Below, piece after piece: positions 33,747-42,388 of a stretch of 42,388 bases of DNA. Both the position numbers and the translations under genes were made by a program. Every line of letters begins with the position of its first letter. Position 1 is the stretch's first letter. The stretch is taken from contig CAAEGL010000016.1 in assembly GCA_900755445.1 (NCBI GenBank), positions 1 through 42,388 on the forward strand. Direction: 5' to 3'. Under the pieces are notes generated by a model, which saw only the letters and a program-made list of their open reading frames with translations, was not told where the DNA came from and searched no databases. The stretch is from Pasteurellaceae bacterium. GTDB taxonomy: Bacteria > Pseudomonadota > Gammaproteobacteria > Enterobacterales > Pasteurellaceae.

Positions 33747-35117
33747 ATGATTAGTGTATTTGATATGTTTAAAGTGGGGGTTGGGCCATCTAGCTCCCAC
33801 ACTGTTGGCCCCATGAAAGCAGGCAAGCAGTTTATTGACGATTTAATCGAACAAGGTAAATTTGATTCGGTCGCGACCTTGCATGTGGATGTATATGGCT
33901 CCCTTTCTATGACAGGACATGGCCATAATACCGATATTGCGATCATTATGGGATTAGCCGGTTATTTACCGCATGATGTGGATATTGATCTAATCCCAAC
34001 CTTTATCGAGCAGGTTAAACAAACCAAAAAACTGTCGATTGCACAAGGTAAAAAAACGGTTAATTTCGATTGGGATGCCAATATGGTATTCCATAATTCC
34101 TTTTTATCATTGCATGAAAATGGCATGACAATTACCGCATTAGATGCTGAGCGTAATGTGCTTTACCGCCAAACTTATTATTCTATTGGTGGTGGTTTTA
34201 TCGTGGATGAAGCGCATTTTGGTCAAGAGGAAGAGAATCCTGTGGCCGTGCCGTATCCTTATCAATATGCTGAAGATATTTTGAAACATTGTCAGGAAAA
34301 TGGCTTAATGCTTTCTACGGTGATGATGAGAAATGAGTTAGCATTACGCGATAAAAAATCAGTTGAAGCGCATTTACATAATGTTTGGAAAACCATGAAG
34401 GCTTGTATTGAGCATGGTGTCAATACAGAAGGCGTGTTACCTGGCCCATTAAAAGTGGTACGTCGTGCACCGTCACTTTATCGTCTCTTGCAAGCCAATA
34501 GTAATCGTCTTGCAAATGATCCAATGCATGTCATCGACTGGGTAAATATGTTTGCCCTTGCCGTAAACGAAGAAAATGCGGCAGGTGGACGAGTTGTGAC
34601 CGCACCAACAAATGGTGCTTGTGGTATTGTGCCGGCTGTGCTTTCTTATTACGAAAAATTCGTAGGCCCTTTAACACAAGATGTGATTGAGCGTTATTTA
34701 TTAACAGCGAGTATGATTGGTTCGCTTTATAAGATGAACGCCTCTATTTCTGGTGCTGAAGTTGGTTGCCAAGGTGAAGTGGGTGTAGCATGCTCAATGG
34801 CTGCAGCGGGTTTAACCGAAATCTTAGGTGGTACGCCGGTACAAGTGTGCATTGCAGCTGAAATTGCGATGGAACATAATCTTGGCTTAACTTGCGACCC
34901 TGTTGGTGGTCAAGTGCAAGTACCTTGTATTGAACGCAATGCCATTGCTTCAGTAAAAGCGATTAACGCTAGCCGTATGGCATTACGTCGAACCACAAAC
35001 CCTCGCGTAACCTTGGATAAAGTGATCGAAACTATGTATGAAACAGGTAAAGACATGAATGCTAAATACCGTGAAACATCTAAAGGTGGCTTAGCGGTGA
35101 AAGTAGTGTGTTCTTAA
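33747..35117 (+). CDS. sdaA: L-serine ammonia-lyase (Fe-S type)
   Basis: [37 protein letters not shown]. Confidence 0.96.
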   Translation: MISVFDMFKVGVGPSSSHTVGPMKAGKQFIDDLIEQGKFDSVATLHVDVYGSLSMTGHGHNTDIAIIMGLAGYLPHDVDIDLIPTFIEQVKQTKKLSIAQGKKTVNFDWDANMVFHNSFLSLHENGMTITALDAERNVLYRQTYYSIGGGFIVDEAHFGQEEENPVAVPYPYQYAEDILKHCQENGLMLSTVMMRNELALRDKKSVEAHLHNVWKTMKACIEHGVNTEGVLPGPLKVVRRAPSLYRLLQANSNRLANDPMHVIDWVNMFALAVNEENAAGGRVVTAPTNGACGIVPAVLSYYEKFVGPLTQDVIERYLLTASMIGSLYKMNASISGAEVGCQGEVGVACSMAAAGLTEILGGTPVQVCIAAEIAMEHNLGLTCDPVGGQVQVPCIERNAIASVKAINASRMALRRTTNPRVTLDKVIETMYETGKDMNAKYRETSKGGLAVKVVCS

Positions 35118-35132
35118 GATTTCATTGATAAT

Positions 35133-35162
35133 AAAAGAGCGGTCATTTTTGACCGCTCTTTT
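35133..35162. terminator. Bidirectional terminator from a variant USS pair
   Basis: AAAAGAGCGGTCA-tttt-TGACCGCTCTTTT. Confidence 0.8.
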
Positions 35163-35173
35163 GTTTATCTAAT

Positions 35174-35986
35174 TTAGTCTTTTTTACCAGCGAATGCTCC
35201 TATGTGAGGAGACGTATTGTTATTTATTTCTTTTGTTCTGAATATGCCACCAATTTCATTTGCATTTGGTCCAAAGAAGCCACCTTTAAGAATGACAGGA
35301 TCTTGCTCTTCTGATGCAAATGAGCTGCCATTAATTTTTGCATTAAGTTGTAATGTTTCAGGAGTGTTATTATTTTCTTCTCTGTTACTTACTTCAATAG
35401 CACCATTCACAGTTTTATTATCAAAATTGACGTTAAGTTTTCCTCTAGTTGAATAGTCTGAAACAGAGTGTTTAGTATGGCTAAACATAGGCACTCGAAT
35501 AGAATAAGTAGCACTTCCTTTTGGTATATCGCGTACATCGGTATATTTACCATTAATAAAAGCATACTCATGCCACTCTGAAATATTGGAAGAAAGTAAT
35601 CCAACCACTAAGTTATCTGAAGAATAAACCGATACTTTACGAATTTGATCGGGTAGATTATCTCGACCTGTTTGAATATTTCCACCGATAACACGTAACC
35701 AACCACTTTGGCTTATTCCATCTTTACTTACTTCAACAAGATCAAATGTTTTTCCTTCAACAGTAATTTGTGAAAGTTTATCAGAATTATTAAACTGAAT
35801 AGGATTTTGTGAGAGATATGTAAAATTTATATTAGCAATATAGTTTTTTCCCTCACTGCTGATGGTTTCTTTGGGCGTTTCTGGAGATGGGGTTACAGGA
35901 TTAGGATTCTCAGAACCACCGCCCCCAGAGCCACAGGCTGAAATTAATAGTACAGATAACGCTGAAATTAAGAAATGTCTTTTCAT
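35174..35986 (-). CDS. Surface lipoprotein with TbpB/fHbp-like C-terminal beta-barrel (putative Slam substrate)
   Basis: Lipobox ISA-C, GSGGGGS plus Pro-rich linker, VNFDNKTVNG, GGFFGPNANEIGG, GAFAGKK. Confidence 0.82.
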   Translation of the reverse strand: MKRHFLISALSVLLISACGSGGGGSENPNPVTPSPETPKETISSEGKNYIANINFTYLSQNPIQFNNSDKLSQITVEGKTFDLVEVSKDGISQSGWLRVIGGNIQTGRDNLPDQIRKVSVYSSDNLVVGLLSSNISEWHEYAFINGKYTDVRDIPKGSATYSIRVPMFSHTKHSVSDYSTRGKLNVNFDNKTVNGAIEVSNREENNNTPETLQLNAKINGSSFASEEQDPVILKGGFFGPNANEIGGIFRTKEINNNTSPHIGAFAGKKD

Positions 35987-36023
35987 TTATGAATACTCCT
36001 TAACAAATAACAAGTTGTTTTTG

Positions 36024-36052
36024 ATTTTAGATATAACTTATTATTTTTACAA
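36024..36052 (-). promoter_or_regulatory. Candidate sigma70 promoter of the lipoprotein gene
   Basis: TTGTAA-17 nt-TAAAAT. Confidence 0.45.
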
Positions 36053-36062
36053 GTATTATCTG

Positions 36063-37154
36063 TCATTTCTCTTTCACATCAATAATCACCACTTCTGATT
36101 GAGATCCTAAGCGCATTGGAATGCCCCAGAAGCCGTAACCTGAAGTGACAAAAACATGTGGATTGCCAATTTTTTCATGACCATAATCCAGACGATACAT
36201 CATTTTTGTGATTAAACTAGCGGGGAATACTTGCCCTTTATGCGCATGCCCTGAAACTTGAATATCAAGCGGGAGTGAAGCGTGTTTTTCAATATCCGTT
36301 GGACGGTGATCTAATAGAATAACCGGTAAGTCAGTATTCACTTGTTTTAATAACGCCTCAGTATTTGGTCTATCGTGAGCAAGATTGTCATTTCGTCCAA
36401 TCAGCACCAATTCATTATTTAACGTTAATGTTTCATCTCTTAATACTGTAATACCGGCTTTACGAATTTCTTGATCAATTCGATCTTGGTCTCCAAACAA
36501 ATCGTGATTGCCTAGTGTGGCATAAACACCCATTGGAGCCTTGAGTTTTGCCAGATGAGGTTGCATTTTTTCAGCTAAATAGGCATTAACGTTATCGTCC
36601 ATAATATCGCCAGGCAGTAAAATAATATCGACCTTTTCCTGCTGCATAATATCAGCCAGTTTATCCAATTCTTTCCCGCCAAATAATTTACCTAAATGGA
36701 GATCGCTTGCCATGCCAATTCGCAATGGTTTAATGGGCTTATCTAGCGTGATTTCATAATGAATAACACGGGTGACATAGGCGTTATACACACTTAAGGC
36801 AGTGATACCAATAAATAAAACGGGATAAGCAATACGCAAAGTGCGGTCGATTTTTGCGATGTATTTAGATTTTCGGAAAAGGAAGTGAATACCTCCCACG
36901 GCAATACTCGCAAAGGCTGAAAAAAGGAGTAGCGCTAGCATTAAAGCAATAAGTCGAAATACCGTAAAAAGCTTTAAAAAATGGCAAATAACCAAGACAT
37001 TAGGAAGCAAAAAGCTGGTAAAAGTGATCGCTCGTCTTACCTTTTGTGATAACGGTTTGTTAAGCCACCAAATCAGTGTTTTATTAAAAATATAAATCAG
37101 CAGTTGTAACAAAATAATAGCTGCCGTAAATATAAAGTAATAACGAGTTTCCAT
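36063..37154 (-). CDS. Membrane-anchored metallophosphoesterase (YkuE-like)
   Basis: N-terminal TM segments; SDLH, GDIMD, GNHD, SGHAH; ATG 37154 preferred (AGGA RBS). Confidence 0.88.
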   Translation of the reverse strand: METRYYFIFTAAIILLQLLIYIFNKTLIWWLNKPLSQKVRRAITFTSFLLPNVLVICHFLKLFTVFRLIALMLALLLFSAFASIAVGGIHFLFRKSKYIAKIDRTLRIAYPVLFIGITALSVYNAYVTRVIHYEITLDKPIKPLRIGMASDLHLGKLFGGKELDKLADIMQQEKVDIILLPGDIMDDNVNAYLAEKMQPHLAKLKAPMGVYATLGNHDLFGDQDRIDQEIRKAGITVLRDETLTLNNELVLIGRNDNLAHDRPNTEALLKQVNTDLPVILLDHRPTDIEKHASLPLDIQVSGHAHKGQVFPASLITKMMYRLDYGHEKIGNPHVFVTSGYGFWGIPMRLGSQSEVVIIDVKEK

Positions 37155-37289
37155 CAGCAATTCCTAAATAAAAGTGCGGTCATTTTTGAGCAAGTTTTGA
37201 AGTGTGGAATAATAAATTTCTCTGTTCCCAAAGGCAAATTTTTTCGCTAAAATGCGGCTCGTTTTAGTTTACTTAAGAAGGAAAATCCA

Positions 37290-37619
37290 ATGTTCGGAAA
37301 AGGCGGTTTAGGTGGCTTAATGAAACAAGCCCAACAAATGCAAGAAAAAATGCAAAAAATGCAGGAAGAAATTGCCCAATTAGAAGTAACTGGCGAAAGC
37401 GGTGCAGGTTTAGTAAAAATCACGATTAATGGTGCGCACAACTGCCGTCGTATTGAGATCGATCCTTCTTTAATGGAAGACGACAAAGAAATGTTGGAAG
37501 ATTTAATTGCTGCAGCATTCAACGATGCAGTCCGTCGTGCAGAAGAATTGCAAAAAGAAAAAATGGCGTCTGTAACCGCAGGCATGCCATTACCTCCAGG
37601 AATGAAACTTCCATTTTAA
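37290..37619 (+). CDS. ybaB: YbaB/EbfC nucleoid-associated protein
   Basis: [27 protein letters not shown]. Confidence 0.95.
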   Translation: MFGKGGLGGLMKQAQQMQEKMQKMQEEIAQLEVTGESGAGLVKITINGAHNCRRIEIDPSLMEDDKEMLEDLIAAAFNDAVRRAEELQKEKMASVTAGMPLPPGMKLPF

Positions 37620-37680
37620 TTCATTGGGTGTGTGAATTTATCGGTTCACACACCATCTATTTTCTCCCATCATAAATATT

Positions 37681-38283
37681 ATGCAAAGCAGTCCACTTTT
37701 AGAACATCTTATTGAAAACCTTCGTTGCTTGCCGGGTGTTGGCCCGAAATCAGCGCAGCGCATGGCTTATCATCTTTTACAGCGCAATCGTAGCGGTGGG
37801 ATGAATTTAGCACGAGCATTAACGGAAGCGATGTCTAAAATTGGGCATTGTTCAGAGTGTCGCGATTTTACCGAAGAGGATACATGCAATATTTGTAATA
37901 ATCCTCGTCGTCAAAATTCAGGTTTGCTTTGTGTGGTAGAAATGCCTGCGGATATTCAAGCCATTGAACAAACTGGTCAATTTTCTGGGCGTTATTTTGT
38001 CTTAATGGGGCATTTATCGCCTTTAGATGGTATTGGGCCAAAAGAGATTGGTTTGGATTTATTGCAAAAACGTCTAGTTGAAGAATCTTTCCACGAAGTA
38101 ATTTTAGCGACCAATCCAACGGTGGAAGGCGATGCCACAGCTAATTATATTGCTGAAATTTGCCATCAACATAATATTAAAGTGAGCCGTATTGCTCACG
38201 GGATCCCTGTCGGTGGGGAATTAGAAACCGTGGACGGCACTACCTTAACCCACTCTTTCTTAGGTCGTCGTCAGATCGACTAA
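37681..38283 (+). CDS. recR: Recombination mediator RecR
   Basis: [12 protein letters not shown]4 zinc finger, TNPTVEG. Confidence 0.98.
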   Translation: MQSSPLLEHLIENLRCLPGVGPKSAQRMAYHLLQRNRSGGMNLARALTEAMSKIGHCSECRDFTEEDTCNICNNPRRQNSGLLCVVEMPADIQAIEQTGQFSGRYFVLMGHLSPLDGIGPKEIGLDLLQKRLVEESFHEVILATNPTVEGDATANYIAEICHQHNIKVSRIAHGIPVGGELETVDGTTLTHSFLGRRQID

Positions 38284-38287
38284 TCTT

Positions 38288-40231
38288 ATGCGTCTGTTTA
38301 TTGCCGAGAAACCCAGTCTTGGGCGAGCTATTGCCGATGTATTGCCAAAACCTCATCAACGGGGGGATGGTTTTATTAAATGTGGCAATGATGACGTTGT
38401 GACTTGGTGCGTGGGGCATTTGCTCGAACAAGCTGAGCCCGATGCCTACGATCCTAAATTCAAACAATGGCGTTTAGAACATTTACCCATCATTCCTGAA
38501 AGATGGATTCTGTTACCGCGAAAAGAAGTCAAAAAACAACTTTCCGTGGTAGAAAAACTGATTCATCAAGCCGATGTTTTAGTTAATGCAGGCGACCCTG
38601 ATAGAGAAGGCCAGTTGCTGGTGGATGAAGTGTTTAGTTATGCCAATTTATCAGCGGAAAAACGTGATGGCATTTTGCGTTGTTTGATTAGCGATCTTAA
38701 CCCAAGTGCGGTCGAAAAAGCCGTACAAAAACTCCAACCGAATCGTCATTTTATTCCATTAGCCACCTCTGCACTGGCGCGCGCTCGTGCGGATTGGCTG
38801 TACGGTATTAATATGACTCGTGCTTATACCATTCGCGGTCGCCAAGCCGGTTATGATGGCGTGCTTTCCGTTGGGCGAGTACAAACTCCCGTATTAGGTT
38901 TGATTGTTCGCCGTGATTTGGAAATTGAACATTTCCAACCAAAAGATTTCTATGAAGTGTTGGCATGGGTGAAGGAAGAAAAAACGTCTGAAAATTCAAC
39001 CACACTTTTTTCTGCACTTTGGCAACCGAGCAAGGCTTGTGAAGATTACCAAGATGAAGATGGTCGCGTACTATCTTTAGGGTTGGCCGAAAATGTAGTG
39101 AAACGCATTACGGAACAACCTGCCGAAGTGACCGAATATGTGGATAAGCGCGAGAAAGAAACAGCGCCTTTGCCTTATTCCTTGTCAGCATTGCAGATTG
39201 ATGCGGCAAAACGTTTTGGCATGTCAGCGCAAAGCGTGCTGGATACTTGTCAGCGGTTATATGAAACCCATCGTTTGATTACCTATCCGCGTTCTGATTG
39301 TCGCTATTTGCCGGAAGAGCATTTTGCTGAACGACATAAAGTGATGAATGCGATTTCACAGCATTGTCAGACTTATCAAACCTTGCCTTCGGTGGTGGAT
39401 AGTGAGCAGCGTAATCGTTGCTGGAATGATAAAAAGGTGGAGGCTCACCATGCCATTATTCCAACGGCTAACACACGCTCGATAAATCTAAGCATTGATG
39501 AACAGCGTATTTATGAACTGATTGCACGTCAGTATTTATTGCAGTTCTGTCCCGATGCGGAATATCGTAAAAGCAAAATTACCTTAAGTATTGCTGGCGG
39601 CACTTTTGTGGCTCAAGCACGTAACTTGCAAACAGCAGGTTGGAAGGAACTGCTTGGTAAAGAAGATGAAGATGAAAATCAAGAACCGTTATTACCGATC
39701 GTGAAAAAAGGGCAGATCCTGTATTGTGAACGAGGCGAAGTGGTGAGTAAAAAAACGCAACCGCCAAAACCTTTTACTGATGCGACGTTGCTTTCCGCTA
39801 TGACAGGGATTGCCCGCTTTGTGCAAGATAAAGAATTGAAAAAAATTCTACGAGAAACAGATGGACTTGGTACAGAAGCCACCCGTGCAGGCATTATTGA
39901 ATTGCTATTTAAACGAGGTTTTTTGACCAAAAAAGGACGCAATATTCACAGCACAGAAACGGGGCGGATCCTCATTTCAGCTTTACCTGATATTGCCACA
40001 CAACCTGACATGACGGCACATTGGGAAGCGCAATTAACGGATATTAGCCAAAAACAGGCGAGTTATCAGCAATTTATGTTTACGCTTAATCAAATGCTGC
40101 CGGATTTAGTGCGTTTTGTTGATTTCACTGCATTACGTCGTTTAAGTCAGATTTCAAAAGGTTTAAGCACACCATCAACGAAACGAAAAAGAGCGGTCAA
40201 AAAATCGGAAGATTTAAACGCTGAAAATTGA
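38288..40231 (+). CDS. topB: DNA topoisomerase III
   Basis: [34 protein letters not shown]. Confidence 0.97.
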   Translation: MRLFIAEKPSLGRAIADVLPKPHQRGDGFIKCGNDDVVTWCVGHLLEQAEPDAYDPKFKQWRLEHLPIIPERWILLPRKEVKKQLSVVEKLIHQADVLVNAGDPDREGQLLVDEVFSYANLSAEKRDGILRCLISDLNPSAVEKAVQKLQPNRHFIPLATSALARARADWLYGINMTRAYTIRGRQAGYDGVLSVGRVQTPVLGLIVRRDLEIEHFQPKDFYEVLAWVKEEKTSENSTTLFSALWQPSKACEDYQDEDGRVLSLGLAENVVKRITEQPAEVTEYVDKREKETAPLPYSLSALQIDAAKRFGMSAQSVLDTCQRLYETHRLITYPRSDCRYLPEEHFAERHKVMNAISQHCQTYQTLPSVVDSEQRNRCWNDKKVEAHHAIIPTANTRSINLSIDEQRIYELIARQYLLQFCPDAEYRKSKITLSIAGGTFVAQARNLQTAGWKELLGKEDEDENQEPLLPIVKKGQILYCERGEVVSKKTQPPKPFTDATLLSAMTGIARFVQDKELKKILRETDGLGTEATRAGIIELLFKRGFLTKKGRNIHSTETGRILISALPDIATQPDMTAHWEAQLTDISQKQASYQQFMFTLNQMLPDLVRFVDFTALRRLSQISKGLSTPSTKRKRAVKKSEDLNAEN

Positions 40232-40347
40232 TTAAACTTAATACAATTAAGTAAAAAAAATGGGAAAGCGCTTGCGAAAAGCGTGAATTTTATATAACAT
40301 TTGCTCCCAGTTTTCTTGCGAAATCGCAATTTAGAGAAGAAAGAATA

Positions 40348-40695
40348 ATGTACAATATTTTATTATTTATTTATGTATTAGTTTGTATCGCCTTAATCGG
40401 CTTTATCCTTGTTCAACAAGGTAAAGGTGCGAACGCAGGTGCGTCATTTGGCGGCGGTGCATCAGGTACTATGTTTGGTTCTGCTGGTGCAGGTAACTTT
40501 TTAACTCGTACCAGTGCAATCTTAGCAACAGGCTTTTTTGTGATTGCTTTAGTGTTAGGTAACATTAACTCTCACCGTGGCAACGTACAAAAAGGTTCGT
40601 TTGACGATTTATCTCAAACTGCTGAACAAGTTCAACAACAGCAACAACAAGTTGCTCCAGCGGTTGAAAACAAAAATAATGATATTCCGCAATAA
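40348..40695 (+). CDS. secG: Preprotein translocase subunit SecG
   Basis: QQGKGANAGASFGGGASGTMFGS. Confidence 0.97.
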   Translation: MYNILLFIYVLVCIALIGFILVQQGKGANAGASFGGGASGTMFGSAGAGNFLTRTSAILATGFFVIALVLGNINSHRGNVQKGSFDDLSQTAEQVQQQQQQVAPAVENKNNDIPQ

Positions 40696-40715
40696 GGAAT
40701 AAAAACAGAATAAAC

Positions 40716-40801
40716 GCTCTGGTGGTGGAATTGGTAGACACGCTATCTTGAGGGGGTAGTGGCCGCAGGCCGTGCGAGTTCAAGTCTCGCTCAGAGCACC
40801 A
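40716..40801 (+). tRNA. tRNA-Leu(GAG)
   Basis: GCTCTGGTGGTGGAATTGGTAGACAC...TTGAGGG...GTTCAAG...ACCA; secG-leuU synteny. Confidence 0.97.
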
Positions 40802-40806
40802 AATCT

Positions 40807-40835
40807 AAACCGACTTAATCAAGTCGGTTTTTTTT
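40807..40835 (+). terminator. secG-tRNA terminator
   Basis: AAACCGACTT-aatc-AAGTCGGTTTTTTTT. Confidence 0.85.
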
Positions 40836-40927
40836 CGCCTAAAATTTGTTTAGACCGCTAGTTATTATCCCCTGTTTTGGGTACAATCGGTCAATTTCTT
40901 TTTTTAGAAACCCATTAGGAGAGCACT

Positions 40928-42349
40928 ATGAACTTCCCTCAAATCGCCCAACAAGTGATTGATAAACTTGGCGGCAAAGAAAACATCGCCACAGCAGCAC
41001 ATTGTGCAACGCGTTTACGTATTGTGTTAAACGATGAAAGCAAAGTGGACAAAGAAGGTATTGATAACATTGAAGGCGTGAAAGGGCAGTTTGCTGTCGC
41101 GGGTCAATATCAAATTATCTTCGGTTCAGGTACGGTGAATAAAGTCCATGCTGAACTTACCAAATTGCTTGGTATCGGCGATGTGAGCAAAGCCGAAGTG
41201 GCAGAAGCGGCGTCAGGCAATCAAAACTTATTGCAACGTTTGGTGAAAGGCTTAGCAGATATTTTCGTGCCAATCATTCCAGCAATCGTCGCAGGCGGTT
41301 TGTTAATGGGTATTCACTCCATGCTTACAGCGAAAGGTTTCTTCGTTGATGAATTAAGCGTGATTGATATGCACCCTGGTCTTGCGGATTTGGTGGACTT
41401 CATTAATACCATCGCGAATGCACCATTTGTGTTCTTACCGGTATTACTTGGTTTCTCTGCCACCCGTAAATTTGGTGGTAACCCATTCTTAGGGGCAGCG
41501 CTTGGGATGTTATTAGTTCACCCTGCATTAGCAGACGGTTGGAACTACGCATTAACCCTTGCTCAAGGCAAAATCCAATACTGGAATGTATTCGGTCTTG
41601 AAATTGAAAAAGTTGGCTATCAAGGCACGGTTATCCCAACATTAGTTTCTGCTTGGGTATTAGCAACCTTAGAAAAAACCTTCCGTAAGTTTGTGCCTTC
41701 TTACTTAGATAACCTCATTACCCCATTATTCTCGCTCTTTATTGCGGGCTTCTTAGCATTCACCGTAATTGGTCCAATCGGTCGTGAAGCAGGTTCATTA
41801 ATTGCATCAGGCTTAACTTGGTTATATGACACCTTAGGTTTCGTGGGCGGCGCGATCTTCGGGGCGTTCTATGCACCAATCGTTATCACCGGTATGCATC
41901 AAACCTTCATTGCGGTTGAAACACAATTATTAGCTGAAATGGCAAATACAGGCGGTACCTTTATTTTCCCTATCGCGGCAATGTCAAATATCGCACAAGG
42001 TGCGGCCTGTTTAGGTGTGGCAGTGGCATTAAAAGATCCAAAAGTACGCGGTTTAGCGGTACCATCAGGTATCTCTGCATTATTAGGGATTACTGAACCG
42101 GCAATGTTCGGGGTGAACTTACGCTATCGTCAAGCTTTCTTTGCGGCGATGATTGGTTCAGGTCTTGCAAGTGCCTTTATCGCATTCTTTAATGTAAAAG
42201 CCATTGCATTAGGTGCAGCAGGTTTCTTAGGTATTCCATCGATCAAACCAGATAGCCTTGCGATGTACAGCATTGGTATGTTGATTTCATTTGTGGTGGC
42301 ATTCACGCTTTCAGTCGTTTTCGTGAAACGCGCACAAGCAAAAGCATAA
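40928..42349 (+). CDS. scrA: PTS sucrose-type EIIBC
   Basis: HCATRLR phospho-Cys motif, GYQGTVIP, GITEPAMFGVNL; sucrose more likely than trehalose. Confidence 0.82.
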   Translation: MNFPQIAQQVIDKLGGKENIATAAHCATRLRIVLNDESKVDKEGIDNIEGVKGQFAVAGQYQIIFGSGTVNKVHAELTKLLGIGDVSKAEVAEAASGNQNLLQRLVKGLADIFVPIIPAIVAGGLLMGIHSMLTAKGFFVDELSVIDMHPGLADLVDFINTIANAPFVFLPVLLGFSATRKFGGNPFLGAALGMLLVHPALADGWNYALTLAQGKIQYWNVFGLEIEKVGYQGTVIPTLVSAWVLATLEKTFRKFVPSYLDNLITPLFSLFIAGFLAFTVIGPIGREAGSLIASGLTWLYDTLGFVGGAIFGAFYAPIVITGMHQTFIAVETQLLAEMANTGGTFIFPIAAMSNIAQGAACLGVAVALKDPKVRGLAVPSGISALLGITEPAMFGVNLRYRQAFFAAMIGSGLASAFIAFFNVKAIALGAAGFLGIPSIKPDSLAMYSIGMLISFVVAFTLSVVFVKRAQAKA

Positions 42350-42364
42350 TCGATATAAAAAAGA

Positions 42365-42388
42365 AAAAGCACGAGTTTAACCTCGTGC
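42365..42388. terminator. Hairpin after scrA (cut by window end)
   Basis: AAAAGCACGAG-tttaac-CTCGTGC. Confidence 0.55.

Noticed and set aside
36030..36048. Fur box in the lipoprotein promoter
   Set aside because: Only about 12/19 match in very AT-rich DNA; not significant
37627..37654. TGTGA...TCACA inverted repeat between ybaB and recR as a CRP site
   Set aside because: Spacer is 10 nt rather than 6; better read as an ordinary intercistronic RNA hairpin
40633..40650. CAA-rich run in secG (poly-Gln) as a phase-variable repeat
   Set aside because: In-frame, interrupted triplets in a disordered tail; cannot switch frame

Overview
Chromosomal window from a Pasteurellaceae bacterium, most likely Haemophilus parainfluenzae-like. 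This rests on at least 20 perfect AAGTGCGGT uptake signal sequences, Haemophilus-type gene order and a sucrose PTS; the species call is inference. Core genes: djlA (partial), pyrE-rph, dauA, folD, ndh, apaH-rsmA, infA, rpsF-priB-rpsR-rplI, frdABCD, epmA, sdaCA, ybaB-recR-topB, secG, scrA, and four tRNAs (Ser, Arg, Pro, Leu). Three accessory-looking pieces stand out. (1) An AT-rich two-ORF cassette between pyrE and djlA: a 110-aa acidic orphan plus an unannotated 31-aa basic peptide ending in AA, with its own candidate promoter and terminator. (2) A ~16-kb myo-inositol catabolism cluster with two paralogous binding proteins, an extra Gfo/Idh/MocA dehydrogenase and repeated CRP+IolR composite operators. 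(3) An orphan TbpB-barrel, Slam-type surface lipoprotein. No CRISPR array, integrase, transposase or rRNA was seen. All calls come from reading the sequence and recalling families; no searches were run.
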